Positions 33,444 to 44,948 of a DNA stretch of 64,000 nucleotides are shown here, piece after piece. The position numbers were made by a program, and so were the translations under genes. The notes under the pieces are model-generated. The model saw only the letters and a program-made list of their open reading frames with translations, was not told the DNA's origin and made no database searches. Position 1 is the first letter of the stretch; every line of letters begins with the position of its first letter. Origin of the DNA: Rhodospirillales bacterium. Lineage in GTDB: Bacteria > Pseudomonadota > Alphaproteobacteria > Bin95. The stretch spans positions 1 to 64,000 of the forward strand of contig JAYQLI010000035.1 of assembly GCA_038143065.1 (NCBI GenBank). Direction: 5' to 3'.

Positions 33444-33546
33444 GATCTCTATGTGTCAGGCCTTTAGCAAAATTAGGGCATAGTCAGCGGTAGACAGGAT
33501 GAATATGCTTTGGAAGCAATAAATAGATGTCAGGGGATGCCAAAGC

Positions 33547-34258
33547 ATGGAATTGATTTTCCGCGAAGATGCCTACGCTTGTGAATGTGAAGCAACTGTA
33601 ACAGCTGTTGATGAAAGAGGTATATGGCTAGATCGCACTATCTTCTATGCAGAAGGTGGAGGGCAGCCAGGTGACCAAGGAACTTTGACAACTGCGACGG
33701 GTGAGGTTGTTGCAATTATAAACGCAGTTAAAGCGGAAGGCCCAGAAACCTCAATATGTATTCCCGCAGAAGGTGCCAAATTTCAGAGGTCGGCACAAAA
33801 GTCATCGCGAGGATTGATTGGGAGCGGAGACACCGACTCATGCGGATGCATACAGCTATGCATCTGCTCTGTTCGGCAGTACCAGCTGGCGTCACGGGAG
33901 GGCAGGTAGGCCTGGAAAAAAGTAGGCTCGATTTTGATGTCGGGGAAACTGTGCTTGTGAAAGAAGAAATACAAGCGGAGCTCAACGAGATGGTTTTGAC
34001 GGCTGCCGCGGTCGAATATAAATGGATTGAAGATTCAGAACTTGATGAAAACCCTAATTTAGTTCGCACTATGTCAGTACAACCGCCAAGAGGGTCCGGC
34101 CGCATTCGGTTGGTAGCAATTGGTGAGGGCTGGACCTACAGCCGTGCGGTGGAACCCATGTTTCAAATCTGTCTGAAATCGGCCGTATCGTAGTGGGTAA
34201 GATTGAGAACAAAGGAAAGCGTAATCGTCGGGTTAACATAACGTTGGAGGATGTCTGA
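33547..34258 (+). CDS. Alanyl-tRNA editing protein AlaX (frameshifted)
   Basis: LDRTIFYAEGGGQPGD, RMHTAMHLL, SRLDF, QPCGGTHV, KGKRNRR. Confidence 0.88.
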
Positions 34259-35097
34259 TGTCAGTACCGTGCCTTCTTACAACTCAATGGGTGGAAGAAC
34301 ATCTTAGCGACGAAAATATTGTTCTTCTTGATGGTAGTCATCATTTGCCAACGACAGGTAGGAATGCAGGCACCGAGTATTCCGAGCGTCATATAAAAGG
34401 TACTCGCTTTTTCGACATAGATGGTATCTCCGACCAGACTTCAGACCTTCCTCACATGCTTGCCTCTCCATCAGACTTTGCGCGTAAGGTAGGTGCTCTT
34501 GGGGTTGGTGATGAGACACATGTAATTGTCTACGACACCGTTGGAACCACTGGTGCAGCTAGGGTTTGGTGGACATTTCGTGCGATGGGGCATGAAAAGG
34601 TTTCCGTTATGGATGGAGGTTTGCCCAAGTGGCTGTCAGAAAATAGGCTTGTTGAAAAAGAAATCCCAGCTATCTCTCCACAGCACAAAACAGCATCACT
34701 TAACAAATCACTTGTTCGCAATTTGCAGGACATGCTCTCTAATATTGATAACGATTTAGAAGTAGTTGTTGATGACCGAAGCGCTGGCCGTTTTAACGCA
34801 ACAGAGTCCGAGCCAAGAGCTGGTATGCGTGGTGGTCATATTCCAGGGTCGCGTAATGTTCCATTTCCAGATGTCTTGAATGAAGACCGTACTTTTAAAT
34901 CCGGACCAGAAGTTCTAGCTGCCTTTCAAGCTGCTGAGGTCGATTTATCTCAGCCAATGGTCACCACTTGTGGATCCGGAGTAACAGCATCTACCCTTGC
35001 CTTAGCGCTTTACAATGCTGGAAAACAGGATGTGGCAGTTTACGACGGCTCGTGGAGTGAATGGGGTTCGCGTCAAGATACGCCGATAGACAAATAA
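34258..35097 (+). CDS. sseA: 3-mercaptopyruvate sulfurtransferase
   Basis: Tandem rhodanese domains, LPHML, ARVWW, CGSGVTA active-site loop, YDGSWSEW. Confidence 0.92.
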   Translation: MSVPCLLTTQWVEEHLSDENIVLLDGSHHLPTTGRNAGTEYSERHIKGTRFFDIDGISDQTSDLPHMLASPSDFARKVGALGVGDETHVIVYDTVGTTGAARVWWTFRAMGHEKVSVMDGGLPKWLSENRLVEKEIPAISPQHKTASLNKSLVRNLQDMLSNIDNDLEVVVDDRSAGRFNATESEPRAGMRGGHIPGSRNVPFPDVLNEDRTFKSGPEVLAAFQAAEVDLSQPMVTTCGSGVTASTLALALYNAGKQDVAVYDGSWSEWGSRQDTPIDK

Positions 35098-35110
35098 AGA
35101 GGACGCTTCA

Positions 35111-36297
35111 ATGAAAGATAAAACTGGAAAGCACCCTGAGACACTGCTCACGCATTCGGGACGACATCCTTTTGAGCATTTTGGCGTTGTAAATACTCCT
35201 GTTTTTCGTGCGTCTACTATCCTTCAGGAAACGATGGCTGAATACAAAAGGCCAAAAGGTCCTAGGGAACCTCGGTATGGAAGCCGAGGTACGCCGACTA
35301 CATTTACTTTAGAGGATGTGATCGCTGACGTTGAGGGCGCCCATGGGTGCCTTCTTGCAAGTTCTGGACTGAACGCCATTGCCGTTGCTCTACTGAGTCA
35401 AGTGAAGCAAGGTGACCATGTCTTGATGGCTGATAACGTTTATGGACCGGCAAGGAATTTTGCCAATCATGTTATGACCCGCATGGGCGTGGAGACGGAG
35501 TTTTTTGATCCGGCAATTGGAAGCCAAATTTCTAGCTTTATGCGTTCCAATACTTCTGTTGTCTACCTGGAGTCACCAGGCTCACAAACCTTTGAAGTTA
35601 CCGATGTGCCCGCAGTCGCTAAAGAGGCAAAGATTGGTGGTGCCGTTGTAATTATAGATAATACCTGGGGAACGCCTTTGTTCTTTAGTCCCTTCCAGTA
35701 TAGCTGTGATATCTCAGTTCATGCGGCAACCAAATATATCGTTGGTCATTCTGATGCGATGCTTGGTGCTGTTTCGTACACAGATGAAATGGAAGAGAGC
35801 CTCCGAGCAATGGCCGGTTGGTTGGGAACTTTTGCATCTCCAGATGATGTTTATTTAGGTTCCGCGGAATGCGCACACTTGCAGTGCGATTGAAGCAACA
35901 TCAAGAAAACGCTTTGGCTATGTGTGATTGGCTCCTTTCGCGGCCCGAAGTTGATCGCGTACTCTATCCACCTCATCCAACATCCGCAGGCCATGAGCTT
36001 TGGAAACGAGATTTTACGGGCGGGTCTGGCTTAATGGGTTTGCTGTTGAAGGGGCCCGTTAATGACGCCAATGTCGCTGCATTGCTAGATGGTCTCGAGT
36101 TATATGGCATGGGGGCAAGTTGGGGTGGGTTTGAAAGTTTAATTTTACCTGCCGATCCATCAAGTAATAGGACAGCGACTACCTGGTCTGAGACTGGGCA
36201 ACTGTTGCGAATTCATGTTGGGCTTGAAAATATTGATGATCTGATTTTTGACTTGGGTAAGGGTTTGGACCGGTTAACGGAAAGTCTCTCTTCCTAG
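35111..36297 (+). CDS. metC: Cystathionine beta-lyase (frameshifted)
   Basis: VNTPVFRAST, ESPGSQTFE, DNTW, HAATKYIVGHSD, GMGASWGGFESL, RIHVGLE. Confidence 0.9.
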
Positions 36298-36348
36298 TTT
36301 TTTTAAAATTTGTTGCTGTATCAGGAATAAAGAAAGCTGCTGGTCTCA

Positions 36349-36981
36349 ATGCTCATAAGAATAATCTTGAATTTATTTCTTTTGATCCAATTGTTTTTCG
36401 CATCTCATGTCTTTGCATCGGGAGGATATGACAATGGAACTGCGGCGGGAAAAGGAAAGTTAGATCTTGATCTAACGATTAATCCTGGCGACTTGTCGAA
36501 TGAATGGCCTGAAAGCCTTGATGAAAAGGGGCAAAGTTATCTTGTTTGGGGATACGGCCTTGATGATGAGTTTGATTTCCATGGCTATGTTTCCCATGGA
36601 GCAGATGGAACTGACCAAATTTACTATGGATTAAAATACAATTTTTTAAGCACCGATCGGTTAGATTTATCTACTGCAACAGGACTAAGACACATAGAGT
36701 CCCGAACGGACCTAATTTTACCAAAACTCCTTTACACGATAAAACTTTCTAATGACTTTGATATCATTGGGAGTTTTACAAATATTTATAATACCACGGA
36801 TGACGATAATATTGGTCAATCGAGTGACATTGCGTTTCGGATTCCAGTGCCAGAAAGTATGACGCCATCGCTTTTCAGGGACATAAAAATCGCTGTCGGT
36901 TTATTCAAGCCATCCACTCGTGATTGGAAGCCTTCATCGGACAACTGGTATCCAACGTACAGTATAGACTGTCGTTTTTGA
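36349..36981 (+). CDS. Hypothetical secreted / outer-membrane beta-strand protein
   Basis: Signal peptide ending VFA-S, alternating amphipathic strands, terminal Phe (YSIDCRF), AT-richer than its neighbours. Confidence 0.6.
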   Translation: MLIRIILNLFLLIQLFFASHVFASGGYDNGTAAGKGKLDLDLTINPGDLSNEWPESLDEKGQSYLVWGYGLDDEFDFHGYVSHGADGTDQIYYGLKYNFLSTDRLDLSTATGLRHIESRTDLILPKLLYTIKLSNDFDIIGSFTNIYNTTDDDNIGQSSDIAFRIPVPESMTPSLFRDIKIAVGLFKPSTRDWKPSSDNWYPTYSIDCRF

Positions 36982-37082
36982 GTTTTAATTTCTCGGCATA
37001 AAATTCGAAGATGGCTGATGTCAGAATATTTCTTGGATTACGTCTTATTAAAAGGGCACTCAATTTCAGATCTTTAAATTTT

Positions 37083-37430
37083 TCACCGCATTTTTGTGCC
37101 GGCGCGCTTCAGCTCTCTGAGGTATGGTACGTGCTCCTCCTCAAGTCCGTGACGAGGAGTTCCCTTGTAGTTTGAAGAAACCCAGTCGGATTTCGCTTTA
37201 ATATCAGAAAGCATGTCTAATTTAGTGGGCAGCTTAATCAGCCCTGATTCAATGTCACGTACCCACTTCGCTTGGTGCTCAAAAATCATATTAAGAGCCG
37301 TATCGGTGTTGAAAAATCCAATCATATAAAGCCCTGGCCAGCTAGGTGGTACAATTCTTTTGTAAAGATCCAGACGATTGTTTTCGGGGTCTCCAACGAT
37401 TACCTCATCCGGTAGCTGCGGGAAAATTTG
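37083..37430 (-). pseudogene. C-terminal remnant of a flavin-containing monooxygenase
   Basis: FPQL..LDLYKRIVPPSWPGLYMIGF..IFEHQAKW..LPTKLDM..RH..YLREL; no FAD- or NADPH-binding N-terminus upstream. Confidence 0.65.
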
Positions 37431-37594
37431 GGAACATCGTTGCACAGTGTTATTATCGCGACGACCTCGTAATGATTTCGCTTGGTATGGAATTGCGAGC
37501 GCCCCACCCAAAGGGTTATGAGGTTGCTACAGGGGATTGGTCGTTGCTTGAACCCGTTCGTCGCCGACAGAGCTTTTATAGGCCAACTGACTAG
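37415..37594 (+). pseudogene. C-terminal remnant of a gluconate-2-dehydrogenase subunit 3-like (GMC-associated) small protein
   Basis: VAQCYYRDDLVMISLGMELRAPHPKGYEVATGDWSLLEPVRRR, resembling (from recall) the C-terminus of that family; no plausible start. Confidence 0.45.
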
Positions 37595-37652
37595 CTCTAT
37601 TTGAAATGAGGAATTAGCATATACCTTCTGAATCAAGAAGGATTGTTGCAGT

Positions 37653-39721
37653 ATGACCTGGCGGATCGGAGTTGATATCGGTGGCACATTCACTGACGTA
37701 GCTTTGGTGGATGACACGACTGGAAATATTGGAGTTGCTAAAGCTCCAACAACTCCAAGTGATTTTGCTCAAGGTGTTTTAACTGCCCTTTCCCAGGCAA
37801 TGGAGCGTTATTCAATAAAGCCAAAAGATGTGGGTTTGTTGAGCCATGCCACCACTGTCGTCACCAATGCCATATTAGAAGAAAAAGGTTCGCGAGCAGC
37901 TGTGATCATGACCCGAGGCTTTCGTGACGTGTTAGAGCTTCGTCGATCGGCCCGTCCTGATCTTTATGACCTTTTTCAGGATGCTCCAGCAACTTTAATT
38001 CCTCGCCGAAGGCGGTTTGAGATCACGGAACGCCTTAGTTCTGATGGTTCTGTAATCACAGATTTAGCTCAGAATGAAATTGATGAGCTTATTTCGGTTC
38101 TTAAGGCAGATCGTGTTGAGGCTGTGGCAGTTTCTCTACTTTTTAGCTTTGTTAATCCGTCCCATGAACGGGAACTGGGAAAGAAACTCAGTGAGGCGCT
38201 TGACGTTCCAATTTACCTCTCGAGCGAGGTGTTACCTGAAATAAGAGAGTTTGAGCGGACTTCCACGACAGCAATCTGTGCCTACGTCGGACCAATTTTA
38301 GCTTCTTATCTAAAGCGGTTGGAGGAGGCCACAGAAAGCCTTGGGCTTCCGCGGATGTATGTGATGGGTTCCAACGGTGGAGTCTTTGAGGCATCTGAGG
38401 GTGTGGCCATGCCAGCTATGGCGGTTGAAAGTGGGCCAGCTGCTGGGGTGGTCGCCGCATCGCTCGCTGCGCGTCAGGCAGAGCGTCCAAATCTTCTTAC
38501 TTTTGACATGGGTGGGACCACAGCAAAAGCCAGTTTAATCCGTGATGGCGTATATGAAACAACACCAGAGTATGAGGTTGCGGGAGGGGCAAGTGCAAAC
38601 CGCTGGATGAATGGGTCAGGTCATCCTATCCGGGTTCCCGTGATAGATCTTGCTGAGGTTTCTGCTGGTGGTGGTTCCATCGCATGGGTTGATGCGGCGG
38701 GTGGTATTCGTGTGGGCCCTAAAAGCGCTGGCGCAGAGCCTGGTCCTGTTTGCTATGGCCGCGGAGGAACAGAACCAACTGTAACTGACTGTAATTTAAT
38801 TCTTGGTAATTTAGACGCTAATTCTCTTCTTGGAGGAGAGATGCAAATAAACTTTGCAGAAGCCGAAGCGGCCATAAATGAAAAATTGGCAAAGCCCCTC
38901 GGTTTGACCGTTGAAGGTGCGGCAGCAGCTGTCATCGATGTAGTGAACCACGCCATGGCTGAGGCTCTGAAAATAGTTTCTGTCGAAAGAGGCCATGATC
39001 CACGGGATTTCACACTGGCAGCTTTTGGTGGAGCAGGACCGTTGCATGCAGCGGCGTTAGCGGAAGAGTTAGGAATGACTGAGGTAATATGTCCTCCTAT
39101 TCCAGGCGCATTCTCAGCTTTGGGTTTGGTTGGGTCAGACTTGAAGAGAGACTATGTCCGTACCGTTTACCTTAGGTCAGATTTGGCAGAACCTCAGGTC
39201 ATCGAAGCAGCGTATCAAGAAATGGAGGCAGAGGGTGCTGCCATGTTAGATCGAGCTGGAATGCCACCAGATCGGCCTCAGTTTGAGCGTCCTTTAGATG
39301 CGCGCTACGCTCGTCAATCCTATGAGCTAAATGTTTCTGCCTCGAGGGAAAATTTGATGCCGCAGCTTTGGCAGAAGTCTCTGAAGCTTTTCACACCCGT
39401 CATAAACAGACTTATGGACACGATAACCGTACAGAGCCCGTTCAAATAGTAAGTCTTAGACTGTCTGCAATCGGAAAAATTCCATCTCTCGCCATCCGGC
39501 AATCCCCCGCGAACTCTGGGGACCCCGTTAAAGGCACGCGATTAATGCGCGGTATTAACGGCCCAGTTCTAGATCGAGCTAAGATGCCATCGGGCTACTC
39601 AGTGGAAGGACCAGCCGCGATTGAAAGTATTGAAAGTACTATTTCAGTCCCAAAAGGATGGCAGGCAGGAATGGATGGTGATGGTTTTATAAGGTTATTG
39701 CGTTTGGAGGAGGGGCAATGA
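37653..39721 (+). CDS. Hydantoinase/oxoprolinase subunit A (N-methylhydantoinase A-like), frameshifted
   Basis: GVDIGGTFTD, HATTVVTNA, REFERTST, ESGPAAG, DMGGTT, SAGAEPGP.CYGRGG. Confidence 0.92.
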
Positions 39722-41454
39722 GCAGCTACATCCAGGATCCCGCCACCTTCGAAATTGTAAAAAATAGTCTTTACAAGATAGCTGAGGAAATGCGGGTTGT
39801 TCTCGCAAAAACAGCCTATTCTCCAATTCTTAAATCAGCCGGTGATTACTCCTGTGGAATTTTTGACTGTGCAGGTGATATGGTGGCACAGGGGCCTGAT
39901 CTTCCTATTCACCTTGGCTCCATGCCTGATGCAGTTCGCGCTGTTGTGAAAGCGTTTGATAAGGATGTGCATGAGGGCGATGTTTTCATCCATAACGATC
40001 CCTATTTCGGCGGTAGTCATCTACCAGACGTTAATATTGTCCGTCCTGCTTTTCATGAGGGGGTCCATTTAGGGTTTGCATGTTTGCGTGCACATTGGCC
40101 TGATATTGGCTCAGCCACTCCAGGCAGTTATGGCGCTGTTACGGAAATTTATGGTGAGGGTTTGCGCCTGCCACCAGTTCGGCTTTATTCGAAAGGTGAA
40201 TTAAACCAAGCTCTTGAAGATGTAATCTTAGCCAATGTTAGGACACCTGATGAGCGAAAGGGTGATCTCGGTTCACAGCTTGCCGCTACATTACGTGCAT
40301 GTGATCGGCTTACTTCGTTAGCTGAGAAATATGGCTCTCAGCGGCTCATAGCTTATATGGCTGAAGTTATAAATTATTCTGATCGACTGATGCGCGCTGC
40401 ACTTTCAGAACTTCCTGATGGGGAAGGTTATTTTGAGGACTTTTGTGATGGTGATGGCATAGTTGATGGGCCGAATGGTGAGGACGCACCTTTCTGGGTT
40501 CGTATGAAGGTTACAAAGTCAGCGGACTCCATAGTTGTAGATTTTGAAGGAAGTGACCCGCAGGTCCCGGGACCGATGAACGCGGCTCTATCAGTTTCAG
40601 CATCTGGAGTTTTTTGTGGTCTTAAAACAGCGATAGATCCTAATAGCTTAATCCCTCCTAATTCGGGTTGCTGGAGGGCAATTACTGTGAAGGCCCCTAA
40701 GGGCTCTGTTGTGAACTGTGAGTTTCCAGCCCCTGTCGTCTATTCCAACCATGAAATGTCTCACCGAACTGCAGACATGGTTATGGGTGCTCTTTCTCAA
40801 TTCATGCCTGATCAAGTAATGGCATGTAGTCAAGGAACCTCTGCGGTGTTGACATTAGGTGGAGTCGAGCCTCGAACTGGCAATCGCTACGTATCATATG
40901 AGACAATCAAGGGTGGGTTCGGAGCCAGGCCAAACAAAGATGGAATTAATGTTATAGCCAGCGGTATTTCAAACACCATGAATACTCCTGTGGAAGTGCT
41001 GGAGATGGCATTTCCGGTCCGTGTAGAGCATTATGAAATTCAACCGGACTCTGGAGGTGCTGGAAAGTTTCGTGGAGGAAACGGCGCGCGGAGACGTTGG
41101 CGTATGTTGGAGGGTGCCGCTGCGACTGGCGCTTTGTGTATGGAAAGGATGACATCACCTCCATTTGGTTTAATGGGAGGTGATCCTGGAATTACGGCCT
41201 CTGTAACAGTTACTCCGCTCGGAGGAAGGCCTCAAACTCTTCCGAGTAAGGGGGCTTTTTCAGTGCCCCCTGGAGCTATCATTGATATGACTACTCCTGG
41301 GTCTGGAGGATATGGTTTTGCTGCTGAACGTGATCGCGCAGCCATTGGAAGGGATCTTCTAGATGGATACTTGACCGAGGAGGCTGCTCGAAAATTTTAT
41401 ACCATTGAAGACCCTAAAGTGTTGCTCAAAGTAGCTAAAGAAGAAGACCAATGA
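39718..41454 (+). CDS. Hydantoinase B/oxoprolinase subunit
   Basis: AEEM...TAYS, PIHLGS, NDPYFGGSHLPD, HWPDIG, NTPVE, DSGGAGKFRGG, TPGSGGYG. Confidence 0.92.
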   Translation: MSSYIQDPATFEIVKNSLYKIAEEMRVVLAKTAYSPILKSAGDYSCGIFDCAGDMVAQGPDLPIHLGSMPDAVRAVVKAFDKDVHEGDVFIHNDPYFGGSHLPDVNIVRPAFHEGVHLGFACLRAHWPDIGSATPGSYGAVTEIYGEGLRLPPVRLYSKGELNQALEDVILANVRTPDERKGDLGSQLAATLRACDRLTSLAEKYGSQRLIAYMAEVINYSDRLMRAALSELPDGEGYFEDFCDGDGIVDGPNGEDAPFWVRMKVTKSADSIVVDFEGSDPQVPGPMNAALSVSASGVFCGLKTAIDPNSLIPPNSGCWRAITVKAPKGSVVNCEFPAPVVYSNHEMSHRTADMVMGALSQFMPDQVMACSQGTSAVLTLGGVEPRTGNRYVSYETIKGGFGARPNKDGINVIASGISNTMNTPVEVLEMAFPVRVEHYEIQPDSGGAGKFRGGNGARRRWRMLEGAAATGALCMERMTSPPFGLMGGDPGITASVTVTPLGGRPQTLPSKGAFSVPPGAIIDMTTPGSGGYGFAAERDRAAIGRDLLDGYLTEEAARKFYTIEDPKVLLKVAKEEDQ

Positions 41455-42383
41455 CTTTCGATTTACATCCAGAAGTAAAACCACTGATAGAGGCGCGTGC
41501 GGCGCTTCCTGCGGGCAAAAACCTTGAAGAGGATCGTGCAAATTGGTCGGCTTATGCTCGCGCGAATAACGTTTCGCCACCAGCAAACATTAATGTCAAA
41601 GATAGCGTCGTTACGGGGCGTGATGGGGTAAGCATACCGATAAGAATTTATTCACCATCAAGTTCCGAGTCCAAAGCAGCCATTGCCTATTTTCATGGGG
41701 GTGGGTTTGTAAAAGGAGATTGCGATACCAGTGATACGACCGGTTGGGGGCTTGCTGCTGAAACTGGAGCAGTAGTAGTCAGTGTCGACTACAGATTGGC
41801 GCCAGAAAATAAATTTCCGGCGGCGCTCCATGATTGTGTAGATGTCCTATTACATATGCACAATCATCCATCAGTTTATGGGATCGATGCATCGAGGCTA
41901 GCAGTCGCAGGAGATAGTGCTGGAGGAAACCTGGCAGCGGCAACGGCGCTTTGGGCTAGAGAAAACGGAGGTCCAAGACTCAAGGCACAAGGTTTGATTT
42001 ATCCTTGTTTAACCGACCGTCTGGAATTTGATTCATACGAGCGGAATGCATCTGCACCAGGGCTTACTACTAAGAGTATGCAAGGCTATTGGATTGCATA
42101 TTTGGGCGATATAGCCGGTAAATCAGGCGATCCCATGGCTACGCCTTTGATTGCCAAAGACTTATCCAACTTACCGCCAACTTTCATTCTTGTGGCAGAG
42201 CATGACCCTTTGATTGATGATGGGGTAGAGTATGCGGCGAAGTTAATGCGGGCTGGTGTTGAAACAAGCTTTTTTCGCGCTGAGCGCATGATCCACGGAT
42301 TTATCCGTGCAAGGGTGACAGGTCCGGATGCAGCAGCCGCATTTGCGCGCCTTAGCCGTTTTTTATGTGAAAAGCTGGTGTAA
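41451..42383 (+). CDS. Alpha/beta hydrolase, HSL-like esterase
   Basis: HGGGF, VDYRLAPE, GDSAGG, DPL, HGF. Confidence 0.9.
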   Translation: MTFDLHPEVKPLIEARAALPAGKNLEEDRANWSAYARANNVSPPANINVKDSVVTGRDGVSIPIRIYSPSSSESKAAIAYFHGGGFVKGDCDTSDTTGWGLAAETGAVVVSVDYRLAPENKFPAALHDCVDVLLHMHNHPSVYGIDASRLAVAGDSAGGNLAAATALWARENGGPRLKAQGLIYPCLTDRLEFDSYERNASAPGLTTKSMQGYWIAYLGDIAGKSGDPMATPLIAKDLSNLPPTFILVAEHDPLIDDGVEYAAKLMRAGVETSFFRAERMIHGFIRARVTGPDAAAAFARLSRFLCEKLV

Positions 42384-42469
42384 TCGGAAAACAATAACCT
42401 CTTCAAATTCTGGTTAGAGGATATCTAATCCTTACTCGATACGAGATATCCAACCCCTTTTAAAATTTA

Positions 42470-43177
42470 TCAAATTTTCTGATTTAAGGAACCTGCAATT
42501 TCTTCGAGGATAGCGTTTGCAGCACCTTTCGGGTCTTTGGCTTGCAGAATGGGTCTTCCAACGACAAGTAAATTTGATCCATCCCTTATAGCACTCGCTG
42601 GTGTTGAAATGCGTTTCTGGTCCTGGGCATCGCCTCCTGCTGGTCGGATCCCAGGTGTTACTATGAATGCCGATGGTGGAAGAATATCACGAAGCATTTT
42701 TGCTTCTTGAGCTGAGGCAACTACGCCATCTGCACCTTCATTGATTGCGGTTTGTGCCCTTGAACGCACCAAGGCCGGTGCGCCATCTATCCAGCCTTCA
42801 GCTTTTAGATCGCTTTCATCCATGGAAGTAAGGACAGTAACAGCAACAACTTTAGTGTCTGAATTACCCTTAGTAGTGGAGGCTGCGCGAACTACGGGCG
42901 CTACCGCGTGGACTGTAAGAAGATCTACGCCGAGCCGAACAGCGCCTGAGACAGCATTTGCGACTGTTTGATCAATGTCGTGGAATTTATAATCTAGGAA
43001 AACCTTCTTACCGCCAGCCTTCAGATCTCTGATTAAAGCTTCACCCCCTTGAACAGCTAAGGCCGATCCAACTTTGTGCCATAGGATACTTTCACCCAAA
43101 AACTCAGACATGCGTCGAGCCTGATCGGCATCTTCAGTATCAAGAGCTAGACAAAGGTAGTCTCTGGGATCAGACAT
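42470..43177 (-). CDS. pyrF: Orotidine-5'-phosphate decarboxylase
   Basis: [38 protein letters not shown]. Confidence 0.95.
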   Translation of the reverse strand: MSDPRDYLCLALDTEDADQARRMSEFLGESILWHKVGSALAVQGGEALIRDLKAGGKKVFLDYKFHDIDQTVANAVSGAVRLGVDLLTVHAVAPVVRAASTTKGNSDTKVVAVTVLTSMDESDLKAEGWIDGAPALVRSRAQTAINEGADGVVASAQEAKMLRDILPPSAFIVTPGIRPAGGDAQDQKRISTPASAIRDGSNLLVVGRPILQAKDPKGAANAILEEIAGSLNQKI

Positions 43178-43264
43178 AAAAGTCTCCAAGGTATGGGGTT
43201 GCGCAAGCCCCTTTGGGACGCGACCCTTGAGTTAATACCCGATTCCCTAGTGGAGCGAACCTTT

Positions 43265-44941
43265 ATGAGCCAGCCTTCTGACATCGAAATTGCACGATCT
43301 ACTACTGCAGAACCCATTGATACGATAGCAAATAAGATAGGGGCACCTAGCCACGCTGTCTTACCGTATGGCCGTGACAAGGCAAAGATTGACCTTGATT
43401 GGGCCGTTGAACAAGCGGCTGCCCCTAAGGGCAAATTGATTCTCGTGACTGCGATGACTCCAACTCCTGCTGGCGAAGGAAAAACAACAACAACCGTTGG
43501 GCTTGGCGATGGTCTTCAGAGAATTGGAAAAAATTCTTTAATTTGCTTGCGCGAACCTAGTCTGGGGCCGTGCTTTGGGCAGAAAGGCGGCGCTGCAGGA
43601 GGTGGTTACGCTCAGGTTATCCCAATGGAGGCAATTAATCTTCATTTTACAGGCGATATGCATGCGATTTCTGCTGCGCATAATTTACTCTCTGCGATGG
43701 TCGATAACCATATCTATTGGGGAAATTCCCTTGATCTAGACGCCCGTCGCATAGCGTGGCGGCGGGTTGTTGATATGAATGATCGGGCTCTTCGGCAAAT
43801 AAATGTAAGTTTAGGTGGTGTGGCCAATGGTTATCCAAGAGAAGGGGGATACGACATAACTGTTGCATCTGAGGTGATGGCAATATTATGCCTTTCAAAA
43901 AATTTGGACGACATGCGCACACGTTTTTCTCGCATAGTTGTGGGAGAGAGTAGAGCTCGCAAGGGAATTACTGCTGCTGACCTTAAGGCTGATGGCGCAA
44001 TGACTGTCCTAATGAAGGAGGCATTGGCACCCAATCTTGTGCAAACTTTAGAAGGGACGCCAGCTTTTGTTCACGGTGGTCCTTTTGCTAACATTGCCCA
44101 CGGTTGTAATAGTGTGGTGGCTACTAAAGCAGCTCTTGGGCTCGCAGATTATGTGGTAACCGAAGCAGGTTTTGGCGCTGATCTAGGAGCCGAAAAATTC
44201 TTTGACATAAAGTGCCGGTCTGCCGATTTATCTCCTGATGTAGCTGTTGTGGTAGCTACAGCTAGAGCCCTTAAATTTCATGGTGGAGTTGCGCGGGCGG
44301 ACCTCAATATAGAAAATATTTCTGCTGTTGAGCGTGGATTGGAAAACCTTGGTCGACACTTAGAGAATATTCATAAATATGGCGTGCCAACGGTTGTCGC
44401 TGTCAATTGTTTTAGTGGAGATACGCAGGCCGAGCTCGATGTAATTCATAGTTTTTGTCAAGGTAGAGGTCAGCCTATTGCGATGTGTACCCACTGGGCA
44501 GAGGGGGGACGTGGAGCTGAAGCGCTCGCAACGCTTGTTGCTGAAGTTGCAGATAGTGGAAAAGCGAATTTTAAGCCACTGTATTCGAGTAGCATGCCGC
44601 TAGACCAAAAAATTGAAATAGTGGCTCGAGAAATTTATCGGGCTGACAGTGTTAACTTCTCTAAGTTTGCAGCGGCAAAATTAAAAACATTCCAGGATTA
44701 AGGCTTTGGTGATTTGCCTGTTTGTATGGCTAAAACTCAATACAGTTTCTCTGCTGATCCAGATTTAAAAGGTGCCCCAAAAGGCTACGATATCCCAGTG
44801 CGGGAAGTGCGATTATCAGCAGGAGCAGGGTTTGTTGTAGCGATCTGTGGAGACATCATGACCATGCCGGGCTTACCCAGAAACCCTGCAGCGGAGGAAA
44901 TTGGGTTAAATGATCTGGGGGATACTGTGGGTCTGTTTTAG
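43265..44941 (+). CDS. fhs: Formate--tetrahydrofolate ligase (one in-frame TAA at 44699-44701)
   Basis: [67 protein letters not shown]. Confidence 0.95.
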
Positions 44942-44948
44942 AGGCCCT

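Noticed and set aside
44699-44701. In-frame stop in fhs as programmed readthrough
   Set aside because: It is TAA at a variable position (QD*GFGDLP), not UGA at a Cys column; a base-call error is more likely.
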